NCBI RefSeq assembly: GCF_006345805.1
Contig: NC_043003.1
Span: 6,882,001-6,946,000, forward strand
Origin: Octopus sinensis
Lineage: Eukaryota
Direction of reading: 5' to 3'
DNA length: 64,000 nt
The notes under the pieces were generated by a model that saw only the letters and a program-made list of their open reading frames with translations, had not been told where the DNA came from and did no database searches. The position numbers were made by a program, and so were the translations under genes. Below are positions 11,028-23,210 of this stretch, in pieces. Each line of letters starts with the position of its first letter. Position 1 is the first letter of the stretch.

Positions 11028-14000
11028 AATAATAATAATGATAATAATCAGGCAGTGGCTCTCATGGCTTCTGATCTTAACTGATTGGAAGTGTTATCAT
11101 GTACATTGTTTTGTCTTGGTATAAAATTTGGGCTGCAGCAAATATTCTGCTCAATACCACAGATTTGCTTGTCAGTTGTTTGACCTTAACCAGTTGAACA
11201 TGTCCCTTAGTGGCTGACGATATGTGCATCTCTGATCATGAGCAGAAGTTGTGGGGGAGCATCATAGCCATGGGTTGAGAGGGATTCTTTGGGGTTTGGA
11301 TAATTCACCTCTGGAAACATGGGTGGTTCTTTCAACATCCTTAAACAACCCTTATTCAGGGACCTTTTGAGCGGATTGGGTTACTCAACCTGAAGAAATT
11401 TGTAACTGGGCCGCACCTGCAAGGTCATGTGCTGTTTATCTTGATATGAGATCACCATGTCGCGCACATATGGTTGTGATGCATGTGCCTAGTGTACCCT
11501 TATCAGACGGGTAGTCATGATGGGTATATTGGGCTTCTTATATTTTACCCCAGTGTCACTTTGATGGCATGCACTGCTCTCTCACTCAATAATAATAATA
11601 ATAATAATAATGGGTTAATGAACTATTTTCTTTTCCAGTTGAAATGGTGTGCCTGGGCTGCCGTCTATTGTTCTTTCATTAGTTTTGCCAATTCTCGTTC
11701 TTCAGAAGATACCAAACAGATGCTCAGCAGCTTCATGTAAGTTCTCTCACTGATTCTTATTTCACACTTGCAGTTGTCTGCATTCTTTAATGCTAACCAT
11801 TACTGACATACACCGTTCATGATGGAGGCGCAATGGCCCAGTGGTTAGGGCAGCGGACTCGCGGTCATAGGATCGCGGTTTCGATTCCCAGACCGGGCGT
11901 TGTGAGTGTTTATTGAGCGAAAACACCTAAAAGTTCCACGAGGCTCCGGCAGGGTGGAGGCGCAATGGCCCAGAGGTTAGGGCAGCGGACTCGCGGTTTC
12001 GATTCCCAGACCAGGCGTTGTGAGTGTTTATTGAGCGAAAACACCTAAAAGCTCCACGAGGCTCCGGCAGGGGATGGTGGTGATCCCTGCTGTACTCTTT
12101 CACGACAACTTTCTCTCACTCTTACTTCCTGTTTCTGTTGTACCTGTATTTTCAAGGGGCCAGCCTTGTCACTCTCTGTGTCACGCTGAATATCCCCGAG
12201 GCTCCGGCAGGGGATGGTGGTGATCCCTGCTGTACTCTTTCACCACAACTCTCTCTCACTCTTACTTCCTGTTTCTGTTGTACCTGTATTTCAAAGGGGC
12301 CGACCTTGTCACTCTCTGTGTCACGCTGAATATCCCCGAGAACTGCGTTAAGGGTACACGTGATTGTGGAGTGCTCAGCCACTTACACGTTAATTTCACG
12401 AGCAGGCCGTTCCGTTGATTCGGATCAACCGGAACCCTCGTCGTTGTATCCGACGGAGTGCTTCCATCCATACCATTCATGTTTTGTATCCATTTCTCCA
12501 TAGGAGCCTCGGTTACATGAATATATATGTTCAGTTATTCAGTGATGTTATTTAGCTCCAGGTCAATCTTTGTTCTGCAGACTTTTGATCAAAGCCTCTC
12601 TAACCATGACCATCTTGTCCTTTTTCAGATACAAATTATCTCAGATTATATCTGCTTTTTCGTTTTCTTAAAGAGAAGGCTATAATTCATGAGAAATTTT
12701 GCTGCTATTTCTAGCAGTGGCCAACTTGAAGCTGGATAAACAAATATGTGGTTACTTAAACTACAGCCTACCATCTAGAAAAATGAAGCAATACATTAAG
12801 GAATGTAATCCAGGGCACACTGTGTCTAGATGGCCATGGTTGGAATGTCTGCTCAACCAAAACCTGTGGGGGCTAAATAATAACACAGCTTGAGCTAAAT
12901 CTATCATGAGGTTTTATTCAATACATGACTAACAAAGGCCAATTATATTGTGAATATTCTCTGGAAAGGCATGAACACCCCACAGTCTCCTATTTTAATT
13001 TTCTAGAAATTTGTTTCGTTTCTCATCAGAAATTATTCACTTCCGTAAAACGGACAAAGGGAGGGAACTGCAGTATTTCGTTAAGAACACTGTTGAAGCA
13101 TATTCTGTTGTGTGTCTGGGGAGAGTCATTTTCTTTTTGTGCCTTATTATTTAACACACTCACCGGTAAAATTTCCACGTTTTTCTTATTTTTATTTTCC
13201 TAAAATTTTCGTTGCGTCTTGCAACCTTTTCAATAGTTTTGACTCAAATAAGAATTAAATGGAAATTTTACCGGTGAGTTTGTTACATAATAAGGCACAA
13301 AAAGAAAATGACTCTCCCCAGACACAACAGAATATGCTTCAACACACGAACTCATATAAAGAATCTTGCAAACCAAATCCAAAAACGAAATACTGCTGAA
13401 GACGTTTATCACAGAACAGCTTGCATTGGTTTTGCTGTGTCAGAACTAGCGTCATCATCAATCAAATTGAGAGCCTCTATGGTCTCTTGACTTTCGAGAA
13501 AGACCAGTTAAATCTTTCTTTAATCACACAACTGGTGGCACATGACCTGCTGTGCTTGAGGAGACCTATTGAGTCAAGAACATCAACATCAATATAAATA
13601 TCAAATGGAAATTGTAGTTGTGATACTTGTGCTGGTGGCACGTAAAAAGCACCATCCGAACGTGGCCAATGCCAGCGCCGCCTTGACTGGCTTCTGTGCT
13701 GGTGGCACGTAAAAAGCACCAACCGATTGTGGCCACTGCCAGCCTCCCCTGGCATGTAAAAAGCACTCACTACACTACACTCTCGGATGATGATGATTTT
13801 AAAAAGGAAGACCAATAGTAAAAGCAGAGTAGAGAGTAGTGTTATTTGAGCTGTTGTGTGGTGACAGTGCTGGTGGTTTAAGAACAACAGTGCCTACCTC
13901 TTAGGGTTCACATTTAGCCCCTATGACACAGCTTTCATTTTTATTTATTTTTATTTATTTCTAACCCTATTTCTCTTTCTTCTTCAGGTTGTCCATTTCT

Positions 14001-14054
14001 GCTGTTGTCATGTCATATCTACAGAATCCTCAACCGATGTCACCACCTTGGTAA
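5290..14054 (+). CDS. WDR83OS: PAT complex subunit Asterix (WDR83OS/C19orf56 homolog), 4 coding exons: 5290-5357, 9090-9189, 11639-11736, 13988-14054; 110 aa
   Basis: Exons have GT-AG boundaries with matching phases (2,0,2) and total 333 nt. Spliced protein [110 protein letters not shown] matches the recognisable Asterix sequence ([60 protein letters not shown]). Confidence 0.97.
5716..6160. repeat. Foldback/MITE with ~150-bp imperfect inverted arms
   Basis: CAGATTTCTGCCC..CCGACTTTGGATGATCATAACT..TACGAATATGTGTTATATCATG pairs with CATGATATAACACATATTCGTA..AGTTATGATCATCCAAAGTCGG..GGGCAGAAATCTG. Confidence 0.85.
6160..7125 (+). mobile_element. Decayed RTE-clade LINE, RT domain fragment
   Basis: [15 protein letters not shown]..., [62 protein letters not shown]; multiple stops and frameshifts; in Asterix intron 1. 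Confidence 0.9.
7480..8510 (-). mobile_element. Penelope-like element 3' fragment: RT thumb/linker, GIY-YIG endonuclease and 3' non-coding end
   Basis: ...SNNYPKSIL...[32 protein letters not shown] and (frameshifted) [39 protein letters not shown], the PLE GIY-YIG signature; interrupted by an RTE 3' fragment at 7676-7785. Confidence 0.88.
9090..9189 (+). CDS. WDR83OS: Asterix exon 2
   Basis: Acceptor ttcttccag; [33 protein letters not shown]; donor GTAAGT at 9190. Confidence 0.97.
11050..11610 (+). mobile_element. Retroposon 3' region with (AAT)n tail, flanked on both sides by (AAT)n
   Basis: Ends ...GATGGCATGCACTGCTCTCTCACTC(AAT)n; no ORF; bounded by (AAT)n at 10998-11048 and 11588-11610, ending 28 nt before Asterix exon 3. 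Confidence 0.55.
11639..11736 (+). CDS. WDR83OS: Asterix exon 3
   Basis: Acceptor ttttccag; [33 protein letters not shown]; donor GTAAGT at 11737. Confidence 0.97.
11824..12480 (+). mobile_element. Compound family A SINE (duplicated head plus internal ~140-bp duplication)
   Basis: Head at 11824 and again at ~11957; segment GAGGCTCCGGCAGGGGATGG...GAATATCCCC occurs at ~12058-12197 and ~12198-12337; in Asterix intron 3. Confidence 0.85.
13070..13395. mobile_element. TIR foldback element (copy 1) in Asterix intron 3
   Basis: Outer TIR GCAGTATTTCGTT/AACGAAATACTGC; inner long IR GTTGAAGCATATTCTGTTG..GACTCTCCCCAGACACAACAGAATATGCTTCAAC. Confidence 0.85.
13988..14054 (+). CDS. WDR83OS: Asterix exon 4 (coding part, stop TAA 14052-14054)
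   Basis: Acceptor ttcttcag; [21 protein letters not shown]. Confidence 0.97.
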
Positions 14055-14285
14055 ACCAGCCCTCAACGGACAGTTTATCACAGGCACATTAATTACCTGG
14101 AACTCGCTTACAAATTAAACGCCGTCAGATGACAGGGCTGCAAAGGGAAAACATTTTTGGCAAAGTTGAAATTGCAATTGAACAACAAAAGCAATACAGT
14201 TGTTTAAACCAATGTGTGTGTGTAAACTATAATGAAAATATTTTAAAACTGATATTAACCAGTCTTTCTGAAAGTTTTCTATTTT

Positions 14286-14302
14286 AATAAATCCTTATTA
14301 AA
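14286..14302 (+). terminator. Candidate polyadenylation signals of Asterix (AATAAA 14286-14291, ATTAAA 14297-14302)
   Basis: Canonical hexamers ~230 nt after the stop, followed by a T-rich downstream tract. Usage is not demonstrated. Confidence 0.5.
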
Positions 14303-14393
14303 ATCATTATTAATGAATTTAAACTTATTCAAATCAACATTTCTGGTTGTCAAAGGTACCTTGTTTTCTTTTTTGTCAGTTTTGAACTGAAAT

Positions 14394-14640
14394 TCTATTG
14401 TGTCTGGGGAGAGTCATTTTCTTTTTGTGCCTTATAATTTAACACACTCACCAGTAAAATTTCCACTTTTTTCTTATTTTTATTGTCCTAAAATTTTCGT
14501 TGCGTCTTGCAACCTTTTCAATAGTTTTGAGTTAAAATAATAAGGCACAAAAAGAAAATGACTCTCCCCAGACACAACAGAATATGCTTCAACACACGAA
14601 CTCATATAAAGAATCTTGCAAACCAAATCCCAAAACGAAA
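14394..14640. mobile_element. Truncated copy 2 of the same foldback element, flanked by a 12-bp direct repeat
   Basis: Matches 13100-13390 with a ~45-bp internal deletion; TTGAACTGAAAT at 14382-14393 and 14641-14652. Confidence 0.85.
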
Positions 14641-15149
14641 TTGAACTGAAATGTTTCCAAGATATTTAAAGTTCCAAGAACGTGTGTAACCAGTTGCATT
14701 TTAAGTTCCTGTTCAGGGAATTAAGTGCTTGTACGATGATTTCCTTCTGGGAGATATATCAGCAGAACTGCTTAATGCTGGGTTTAAACTTAGTTTTTGC
14801 AGTTTTTGTTTCTACACTCATTAAATAGAACCTTTGGTGAATGATTAAAACTTGAATCTTTTTTTTTTTCCCTTTTCCTTTGTTTACATCTTCCTAGACT
14901 TGGGCAATGAAACTGCATCCTCAGACAAGAGCACAAGGTCTTTTATCTGTATAGCCACCTTTTGTGGGCTCAGCCATAGAAGATGGTACCAGTTATTCCT
15001 GATAAATGCTGTTTATACAAAACTAATTATTTCCCTTGGAATTTCTATGATGGCCCTTAATCTGTATATCAGACATATATAGAACCAGTCCAGTAGTGGG
15101 TTTTGTGTGTGTGTGTTTGTTTCTAGACACACACACACACACACATCAT

Positions 15150-15450
15150 AAGTGGAAAATGTAACCTCTCGAAAGAGCTGTTCTTCACTCCTGCTCCAGA
15201 GCGTCGGCTGCGGGGTCATTCCGAAAAGCTCTATCTGCAATGATTTCATCTCAATCGAAGGAGAGGGGCTTTCTCCGTACGGGTTGTGGATCCGTGGAAT
15301 AAGCTGCCAGATGAGATGGTGAAGATGCCGACGACCGCACGGTTCAAAGTCTCCCTTGACCTCAAGTGGCCTGAACTCTTTACATGAACACCACCCTGTA
15401 CATAACTACATGGCCTTGCTTTTTGCTTTTTAACAAAGCTAAATTAATTG
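15150..15450 (+). mobile_element. CR1-like 3' end (different subfamily)
   Basis: RLRGHSEKLYLQ*FHLNRRRGAFSVRVVDPWNKLPDEMVK..FKVSLD, the characteristic CR1 ORF2 terminus. Confidence 0.8.
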
Positions 15451-16811
15451 GTCAACTCTTGCGGATTGAACCCAAAACTTTCATTTCTCAAATCAAATGA
15501 GTGACAGCATTTTCTTTTGTGGCCTAAATGTGAAATATGTGTCACACCCTTAATAGCTAGATTGCTGTTTGGGTTTTGACAAAACCCTATAACAATGTGT
15601 TTGGGGAGACACGGGGGAAAAAGTTGCAGAGGAAATCCATTGACATAAAACTTCATGGCATGTATGGTGTAACCCCCTTTTAAAGTTAAAATGTGCACAC
15701 ACACAACACGTGTACAGACAATCATAGTCCTCTGCCACATTGGGGTTACAACACATGGTTGCCATGGCAACAACACAGGTTTTATGAGAAAAGAGGAAGA
15801 AGCAGTTCTGTAATAAATACTTTTCCAGGCATGGAAATTATTAATTTTTTTAATTAAATTATTTTTGCCTTTTCAAAGATTATTTTGTTCCTTTTTTTTT
15901 AGGGGTCGATAAAATACGGAACCAGTCCAGTAGTGGGTTTTATGTTATAACCAACTCCTTTTAAAATTGCTGGCCTTGTGCCAAAAGTTAAAATTTTTTT
16001 TTCTGTGTGTGGGGAGTTAGCAGAAACTGCTTGGTCATTTTAAATTAGGGCTGACATAATATTTAATGTAAGGAGTTTTAAAAAAACAAACTAGAAATAA
16101 CTGTGTTGCTAAGTTGTCAGACAGGTTAGTGTTGATAGATTTAATAGGTGGTGAGCTGGCAGAAACGTTAGCACACCGGGCGAAATGTTTTGCAGTATTT
16201 CGTCTGCCGTTACATTCTGAGTTCAAATTCCGCTGAGGTCGACTTCGCCTTTCATCCTTTCGGGGTCGATAAATTAAGTACCAGTTACGCACTGTGTTTA
16301 GCCCCTTGTGGGCAGTAAAGAAATAGATTTAATAGAAGGGGAATTAAAAAGTTAGTCTGAAATAATTGTGTGGTGAGAGAGAAAGATAAATGGATGGATA
16401 CACAGATAGATAAATTTATGCTGATATAATTAAAGTAGGAAACAATTAAATAATTATGTTCAAAGAAAGATAAGCTGTCAGAGACGTTAGTGTCAATTTG
16501 TTTGATATTAGAAACCATCACCATTTAATGCCTGTTTCCTCTGCTGGCATGGGTTGGATGGCTTGACAGGAGCCACACCAAATTCCTTGGTCTTGTCTTT
16601 TACAGTCGGATGCTCTTCCTAATGTCAACCGCTTTACAGAGTGTCTGGGTGCTTTTTACCTGGTGCCAGCACCAACAGGGTCACCAAGTACCTTGCAAAC
16701 CAAAGGCCCTTCATCTGGGAGGTTGGAGTATTAAGTGGATGTGGTTTTGTGCCAGATGAGATGGTAAAATCAATAGGTGGACAATGAGATAGAGAAGTGA
16801 ATACATTTACT

Positions 16812-17220
16812 CTTTACTCTTTTACTTGTTTCAGTCATTTGACTGCGGCCATGCTGGAGCACCGCCTTTAGTCGAGCAAATCGACCCCGGGACTTATTCT
16901 TTGTAAGCCTAGTACTTATTCTATCGGTCTGTTTTGCCGAACCGCTAAGTGACTGGGACGTAAACACACCAGCATCGGTTGTCAAGCAATGCTAGGGGGA
17001 CAAACACAGACTCACAAACATACACACACATACATATATATATATATATACATATATACGACAGGCTTCTTTCAGTTTCCGTCTACCAAATCCACTCACA
17101 AGGCATTGGTCGGCCCGGGGCTATAGCAGAAGAAACTTGCCCAAGATGTCACGCAGTGGGACTGAACCCGGAACCATGTGGTTGGTTAGCAAGCTACTTA
17201 CCACACAGCCACTCCTGCGC
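16812..17220 (-). mobile_element. SINE family B copy
   Basis: Reverse complement of 21944-22362. Confidence 0.85.
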
Positions 17221-19080
17221 CTATTTAATGCATGAATATTTAAAATGTTAATTATTTGTTTCAGTCACTGGCTTGTGGCCATACTGGTGTAAAACTTTTG
17301 AGGTTTGTTTTCAGTCAGTCATTAATCAGTCCCGTTTTCCCCAGAATTTATTTCAGTCTTTTACATAATATATCATTGAGAAGAAAGATGATAATAATGA
17401 TCAGTTAAAACAATAAACTCCTACAGCTAAAGCATTCTACAACTGCGAACATGAACATTTCAGGAATCAGGACCGGAAATGCTTTTGTCTGTGTCAAAGG
17501 TCAGCTGAAGATCGGATGACCAGAGATTCAGAAAAAGAAATGTCTGTTTTTACCATCCACATGCCATCAGGATGATTCTCTCATCATTACTTAAAAAAAT
17601 AGTGAAGCTTTTCGTTCGTGAGGACATAAGACTGAAACAGGTCTAGAGTTGCCTTCCATTTTTACAGAAATTATATAAACAGTAATGGTTTCCAATTTTG
17701 GCACAAGGCCAGCAGTTTTCTCTTATGCTGGGCCGGGTAAGTCACATCAACCCCAGTGTTTAACTGGTACTTATCGACTCCAAAAGGATGAAAGGCAAAG
17801 TCAACCTGAATGGAATTTGAACTCAGAACATAGAGATGCATGAAATGCTTGGCATGCTAATGATTCTACCAGCTTGCTGCCTTGAAATTGTAATCGATCA
17901 AAAATCAATGGAAATTGTAGTTGTGATACCAGTGCCGGTGGCACGTAAAAGAACCATCCGAACGTGGCTGTTGCCAGCTCCGCCTCGACTGGCCTCCATG
18001 CCGGTGGCACATAAAAAGCACCAACCGATTGTGGCCGTTGCTAGCCTTGCCTGGCACCTGTGCTGGTGGCACATAAAAAGCACCCACTACACTCACGGAA
18101 TGGTTGGCGTTAGGAAGGGCATCCAGCTGTAGAAACACTACCGGATCAGACTGGAGCCTGGTGCAGCCTCCTGGCTTCCCGACCCTGGTTGAACCGTTCA
18201 ACCCATGCTAGCATGGAAAGTGGACGTTAAACGATGATGATGATGATTAAGCCAGTGAAAGATGGTGCTCCAGCATGACCACAAGCCATTGATTGAAACA
18301 AATAAAAGTAAACATGAAATAAACAAAACAAAAAAAGATGAGCCAACTGAAGAGACTCTAAGTGAGTCACTGAACTTGCTAAAGATAGCAGCTAAATCTC
18401 CCTTGAATCACACCTTGACTATTTTAAAATCAAAATAGAAAACATTTGCTAATACATTTTGGTATTTGGTAGGAAATGTCTGAACTGATGATCACAGCTG
18501 GAATGTCTTTGATCTTAGATCTGCTGGATTAGAACTAATCTTTGGTTAAACGACAAAAACATTCAGAAGTAAAAAGTTTTAAAGATCAAAGACAAAGGAA
18601 TGTCAGGTGTGATGGGGGTGGGGGGTAGTGAAATGAAATACAAGATGGAGATGTTGAAGTAGTTGTGTTGGATATTTAATAAACATATAAATATTTCAAT
18701 CTTAAGCAAGTATTTCAGTATATACAGCCGTAAACAATGACATTACTGATTATTGTATCATTTGTACAGAGTTGAGCAAAAACAACAACAAATTAATCGT
18801 CATCATCGTCATAATAATATTAATAACAATCTATACAACATAATTATTAATTATATGTTAATGATGAAGTAAGGGGAAATGAGGCTGTTTTGCTACAAAT
18901 ATAAAACATTATGGGTTGGGTGTTAAACCCTGTTAAAACACCTTTCATCTCGCTTTCCATGCAAGGCACACTTCTTTATTTGCCGCTATTAGACCTTTAA
19001 GAGTTTACAACCTGTTGTGTGAAACTCTGTTATCTCCATATTCAGTACTCTTATCTTACCATTACACAGCAACATACTAT

Positions 19081-19299
19081 TTAACCCTTTCGTTACTGCA
19101 TTTATTTTGGGATGCTCTGAGTTTCTTTCAATTATTTTAAATATAACAAAGAATTTAGTAAAATAACTTAGTTATCATTAAGCTGGTGTTAGGAAAATAA
19201 ATTTTGACTAAGGTTTGGTGGAAGATCTTAATTCAAAACAAGACATTTGTACTACAGAGCCAGAGGTGGTTTCAGTCGGGTTGATAACAAAAGGGTTAA
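19081..19299. mobile_element. piggyBac-type MITE copy 1
   Basis: TTAA|CCCTTTCGTTAC...GATAACAAAAGGG|TTAA: TTAA target site and CCC/GGG termini. Confidence 0.8.
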
Positions 19300-19322
19300 G
19301 AATTGTTTCTCTCTTATATATT

Positions 19323-19551
19323 TTAACCCTTTTGTTACCATATTCCTGTTGAGATGCTCTGTGTTTCTTTCAACTGATTTTAAATATAACAAAGTATTTA
19401 GTGAAATAACTTAGTTATCATTAAGCTAGTGTTAGGAAAATAAATTGTGACTAAGGTTTGGTGGAAGATCTTAATTCAAAACTTATGAAAACAAGACATT
19501 TTACCACAGAGCCAGAGCCGGTTTTGGCCAGGTTAGTAACAAAAGGGTTAA
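19323..19551. mobile_element. piggyBac-type MITE copy 2 (direct tandem to copy 1)
   Basis: TTAA|CCCTTTTGTTAC...GTAACAAAAGGG|TTAA; aligns with copy 1 over its length. Confidence 0.8.
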
Positions 19552-20887
19552 ATATAATTAGTTTTGCTTCCCACTCAAAGCCCATTGTTGTCTGCCTTCT
19601 CCAGATAAATTTCCAGTATATTAACAAGATTCATTCTCAGCTTTGGCAGGGACACTCAGCGAAAACAACTTTGTAAATTTGTAGGAGCTTACAACCCATA
19701 TAATAGTATTATCAATAACTAGAATCATCTTTGGCTTTCCTGAGTGGATACAATAAGTACCAGTTATATAATGAGGTTGATCTGCCACCTCTCACAAATA
19801 AGTGGCCTTGTGCCTAACAATGTTACATTACAAATTCTTTGGATTCCTTTGTGCCAAAGTTTTAATAATGTCTGTTAATTCCCCTCCAGGTCCCTGCTTT
19901 AACTCTAGTCAGGGTCTTTTTAGGTGAAAAGAATTTGGGGGAAGGGGATGAGTTGATTACATTGACCCCAGTATTCAACTGGTACTTAATTTATCGACCC
20001 CAAAATGATGGGAGGCAAAATCAACCTTAGCGGAATTTGAACTCAGAACAAAATTTAATGACAGAATATAAGGAAGACACTGTGAAAGGGACCTGCTGGC
20101 CAGGACTTAGGGACGCCAAGTTTACTTGTCTGAATTGCTGCAGGACTGCCTAAGGGGCAGAGGTTAGACCAGCCAATGCAGTTAATGGCATATAATTGGT
20201 CAAAATCTTATCAATGCTTTCATTTCATTGCAATTGTTGTAGCTGGCAGTTTTTGAGGACTCTTCAGACATACAGGCCAGAAGTGCATAAGCGCTTTCAA
20301 GATCATCATCATGATCATCATCATCGTTTAACGTCTGTTTTCTGCGCTAGCACGGGTTGGATGGTTCAACTGGGGTCTGGGAAGCCAGGGTCTGCACCAG
20401 GCACCAGTCTGATCTGGCAGTGTTTCTACAGCTGGATGCCCTTCCTAACGTAAACCACTCCGCGAGTGTAGTGGGTGCTTTTTACGCGCCACCGGCACAG
20501 GTGCCAGGGGAGTCTGGCATCGGCCACGATCGGTTGGTGCTTTTAACGTGCCACCGGCATGGAAGCCAGTCAAGGCGGCGCTGGAGGTAAATAAACATTC
20601 CTGATTCACTTGGTGACAATAAAAAACCAGAATGAAAAGTTACGTCATTTTCCAGAAAAGAAAGAAGTGTTGCTTCCCATGAAACTATGTCAGTTGTAGA
20701 AATGGATTGTGATGTCACTGGTGCCAAGCTGTATCGGCCCCTTTGCCTTTCCACTTGTGCTTATGAGGGGACTTTCTACGTGCAATCCTTCGGTCATTCA
20801 TGACTGAAGGTGGTCTTTACCCTTTCATATGTGTGTGTGTGTGTGCTTATGTGTATATATATATATATAAATATATAAGTATGTATG

Positions 20888-20943
<56 letters not shown>

Positions 20944-21789
20944 TCATCGTCGTTTAACGTCCGTTTTCCATGCTAGCACAGGTTGGACGGTTCAACCGGG
21001 GTCTGGGAAGCCAGGAGGCTGCACCAGGCTCCAGTCTGATCTGGCAGTGTTTCTACAGCTTGATGCCTTTCCTAACGCCAACCACTCCATGAGAGTAGTG
21101 CTTTTTATGTGCCACCGGCACAGGTGCCAGGGGGGGGGCTGGCAGCGGCCACGATCAGTTGGTGCTTTTTACGTGCCACATTGGCCACATTCGGATGGTT
21201 CTTTTACGTGCCACCGGCACTGGTATCACAACTGCAATTTCCATTGATTTTTTGATCAAATTCAATTTTGATTTCACTTGCCTCAACAGGTCTTCGCAAG
21301 CAGAGTTTTGTGTCCCAAGAAGGAAAGGTATGCATAAGTGGACTGGTTACATCCCATCTCACTTGTCTTGCCGGGTCTTCTAACGCACAGCATACTTCCT
21401 TATACTCATGGATATTGAGTTCTATTTATCCTGTTTGTTCTACCAAACCAACACTTACATATATGTGTACATATGTGTGTTTGTTACTGTATATACATGT
21501 GTGTGTACATAAAATTACATCTGAGAAACTAAATGTTGTGTAACAAAATGCTTCAACTGGAGCTGATCCCCAAAGACTGTTATAGGTCCCCCCACCCGCT
21601 CCCTCACCTCAGTGTCTGTGCTGATTCAAAAGTAGTTTTTATTCACAAAAACACATTATTCTTCTGGGTTTCATGTAGAGAAGAAAGTGTTTTAATTCTA
21701 AAAGTTATGAAAGCTTTAATTGCATTCGACACAGTTTTCCCAGTCATATTACATGACCCCCCCCCCCCCCAGACAAACTAGCCCCAATG

Positions 21790-21940
21790 GGACTGACTCA
21801 TACACTGTTCGCTTTCCAGACATTTGTACATTACTGCATATACTTTATACGCACTTTTGACAAGTTGTGGTGCACCTGAACACTGTATACAATAACTTCA
21901 TTATTATTATTACTATTATTATTATTATTATTATTATTAT
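21790..21940 (+). mobile_element. Short CR1 3'UTR copy (same family as 43183-43746)
   Basis: CTGACTCATACACTGTTC..TTCCAGACATTT..TTTTGACAAGTTGTGGTGCACCTGA..(TAT)n. Confidence 0.8.
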
Positions 21941-21943
21941 ATG

Positions 21944-22362
21944 CGCAGGAGTGGCTGTGTGGTAAGTAGCTTGCTAACCAATCACATGGTTCCAGGTTCA
22001 GTCCCACTGCGTGGCACCTTGGGTAAGTGTCTTCTGCTATAGCCCCGGGCCGACCAATGCCTTGTGAGTGGATTTGGTAGACGGAAACTGAAAGAAGCCT
22101 GTCGTATATATGTATATATATATATATGTATGTGTGTGTATATGTTTGTGTGTCTGTGTTTGTCCCCCCTAGCATTGCTTGACAACCGATGCTGGCGTGT
22201 TTACGTCCCCGTCACTTAGCGGTTCGGCAAAAGAGACCGATAGAATAAGTACTGGGCTTACAAAGAATAAGTCCCGGGGTCAATTTGCTCGACTAAAGGC
22301 GGTGCTCCAGCATGGCCGCAGTCAAATGACTGAAACAAGTAAAAGAGAGTAAAAGAGAGTAT
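21944..22362 (+). mobile_element. tRNA-derived SINE family B (GCAGGAGTGGCTGTGTGG head, internal (TA)/(TG) microsatellite, (GTAAAAGA)n tail)
   Basis: A/B-box-like head, CCTTGGGTAAGTGTCTT core-like motif; near-identical copies at 16812-17220(-), 25163-25580(-), 31930-32300(+); degenerate copies at 9790-10100(+) and 52620-52860(+). Confidence 0.85.
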
Positions 22363-22549
22363 ATGAACCTTACTGCTTCCCCTATTGACACAAAAATAAA
22401 TATTAAATACAGAGAGAAGGTAGGAGAGTTGGTGCAGGGAAGGAGTAAAAGACATTTCTAGGAGCATCCCTCTAACTTGACCAATTCTATAGATTACTAT
22501 TTCATTGAGATTCCTTCTGCATGATTACAATTTGTTCTTTAATTCTTAT

Positions 22550-22738
22550 GCCAACCTGCCTGACCCAAACTGTTTTTCATTTAAAGGGATCTAAATCAAA
22601 ACTTTCCATCAAAATTTCACGTTTCAAATACCAGATTAATTAATGACAAAATTATTTTACTAAATTTTTCAGTATTCTCAAAATTAATTGAAACAAAGGA
22701 GTATATTTCTTTGGAAATATGGTAACAAAGGGGTTATA
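22550..22738. mobile_element. Degenerate inverted copy of the piggyBac-type MITE
   Basis: ATTATTTTACTAAAT...ATGGTAACAAAGGGGTTA matches the reverse complement of copy 1. Confidence 0.55.
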
Positions 22739-23064
22739 CTGAAAATTTTGTCCAGTTATATGAAGAGAATATAAAAGTAAATAACAAGTGTGTGAAGCCA
22801 TCCTTATCAGGCACAAACATTTGGTTTAAAAACCAACGTATTTGCAAATTGTAAATTTACTGATCAGTTCTGGCCAGCTGTAATATCTAAATTTCATCAA
22901 ATCATTCCAATCCTATTGAAAAATAAATATGAAACGATTAAAGACAGAAAACTTTTTTCCATATTTTGAATGGATTTATAGAGGAAAATATAAGTTTTCT
23001 GACTTTGTAGTCAAGGCAACAGAGAGACAAGCTTTCAGCAGTTTTATATTTACAATCAATCTCT

Positions 23065-23079
23065 CATCTCTTCTCTCCT

Positions 23080-23135
<56 letters not shown>
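23065..23135. repeat. (CT)n microsatellite ~80 nt downstream of the stop of the minus-strand gene (GA-rich in its 3'UTR)
   Basis: Direct inspection. Confidence 0.9.
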
Positions 23136-23210
23136 ATCCACCTTCTCTCACTCTACATGGCAGTATGAAGCTCAAAGTACAGTTAAAAAGTCCCAGCGTA
23201 TTCAGTTTGA

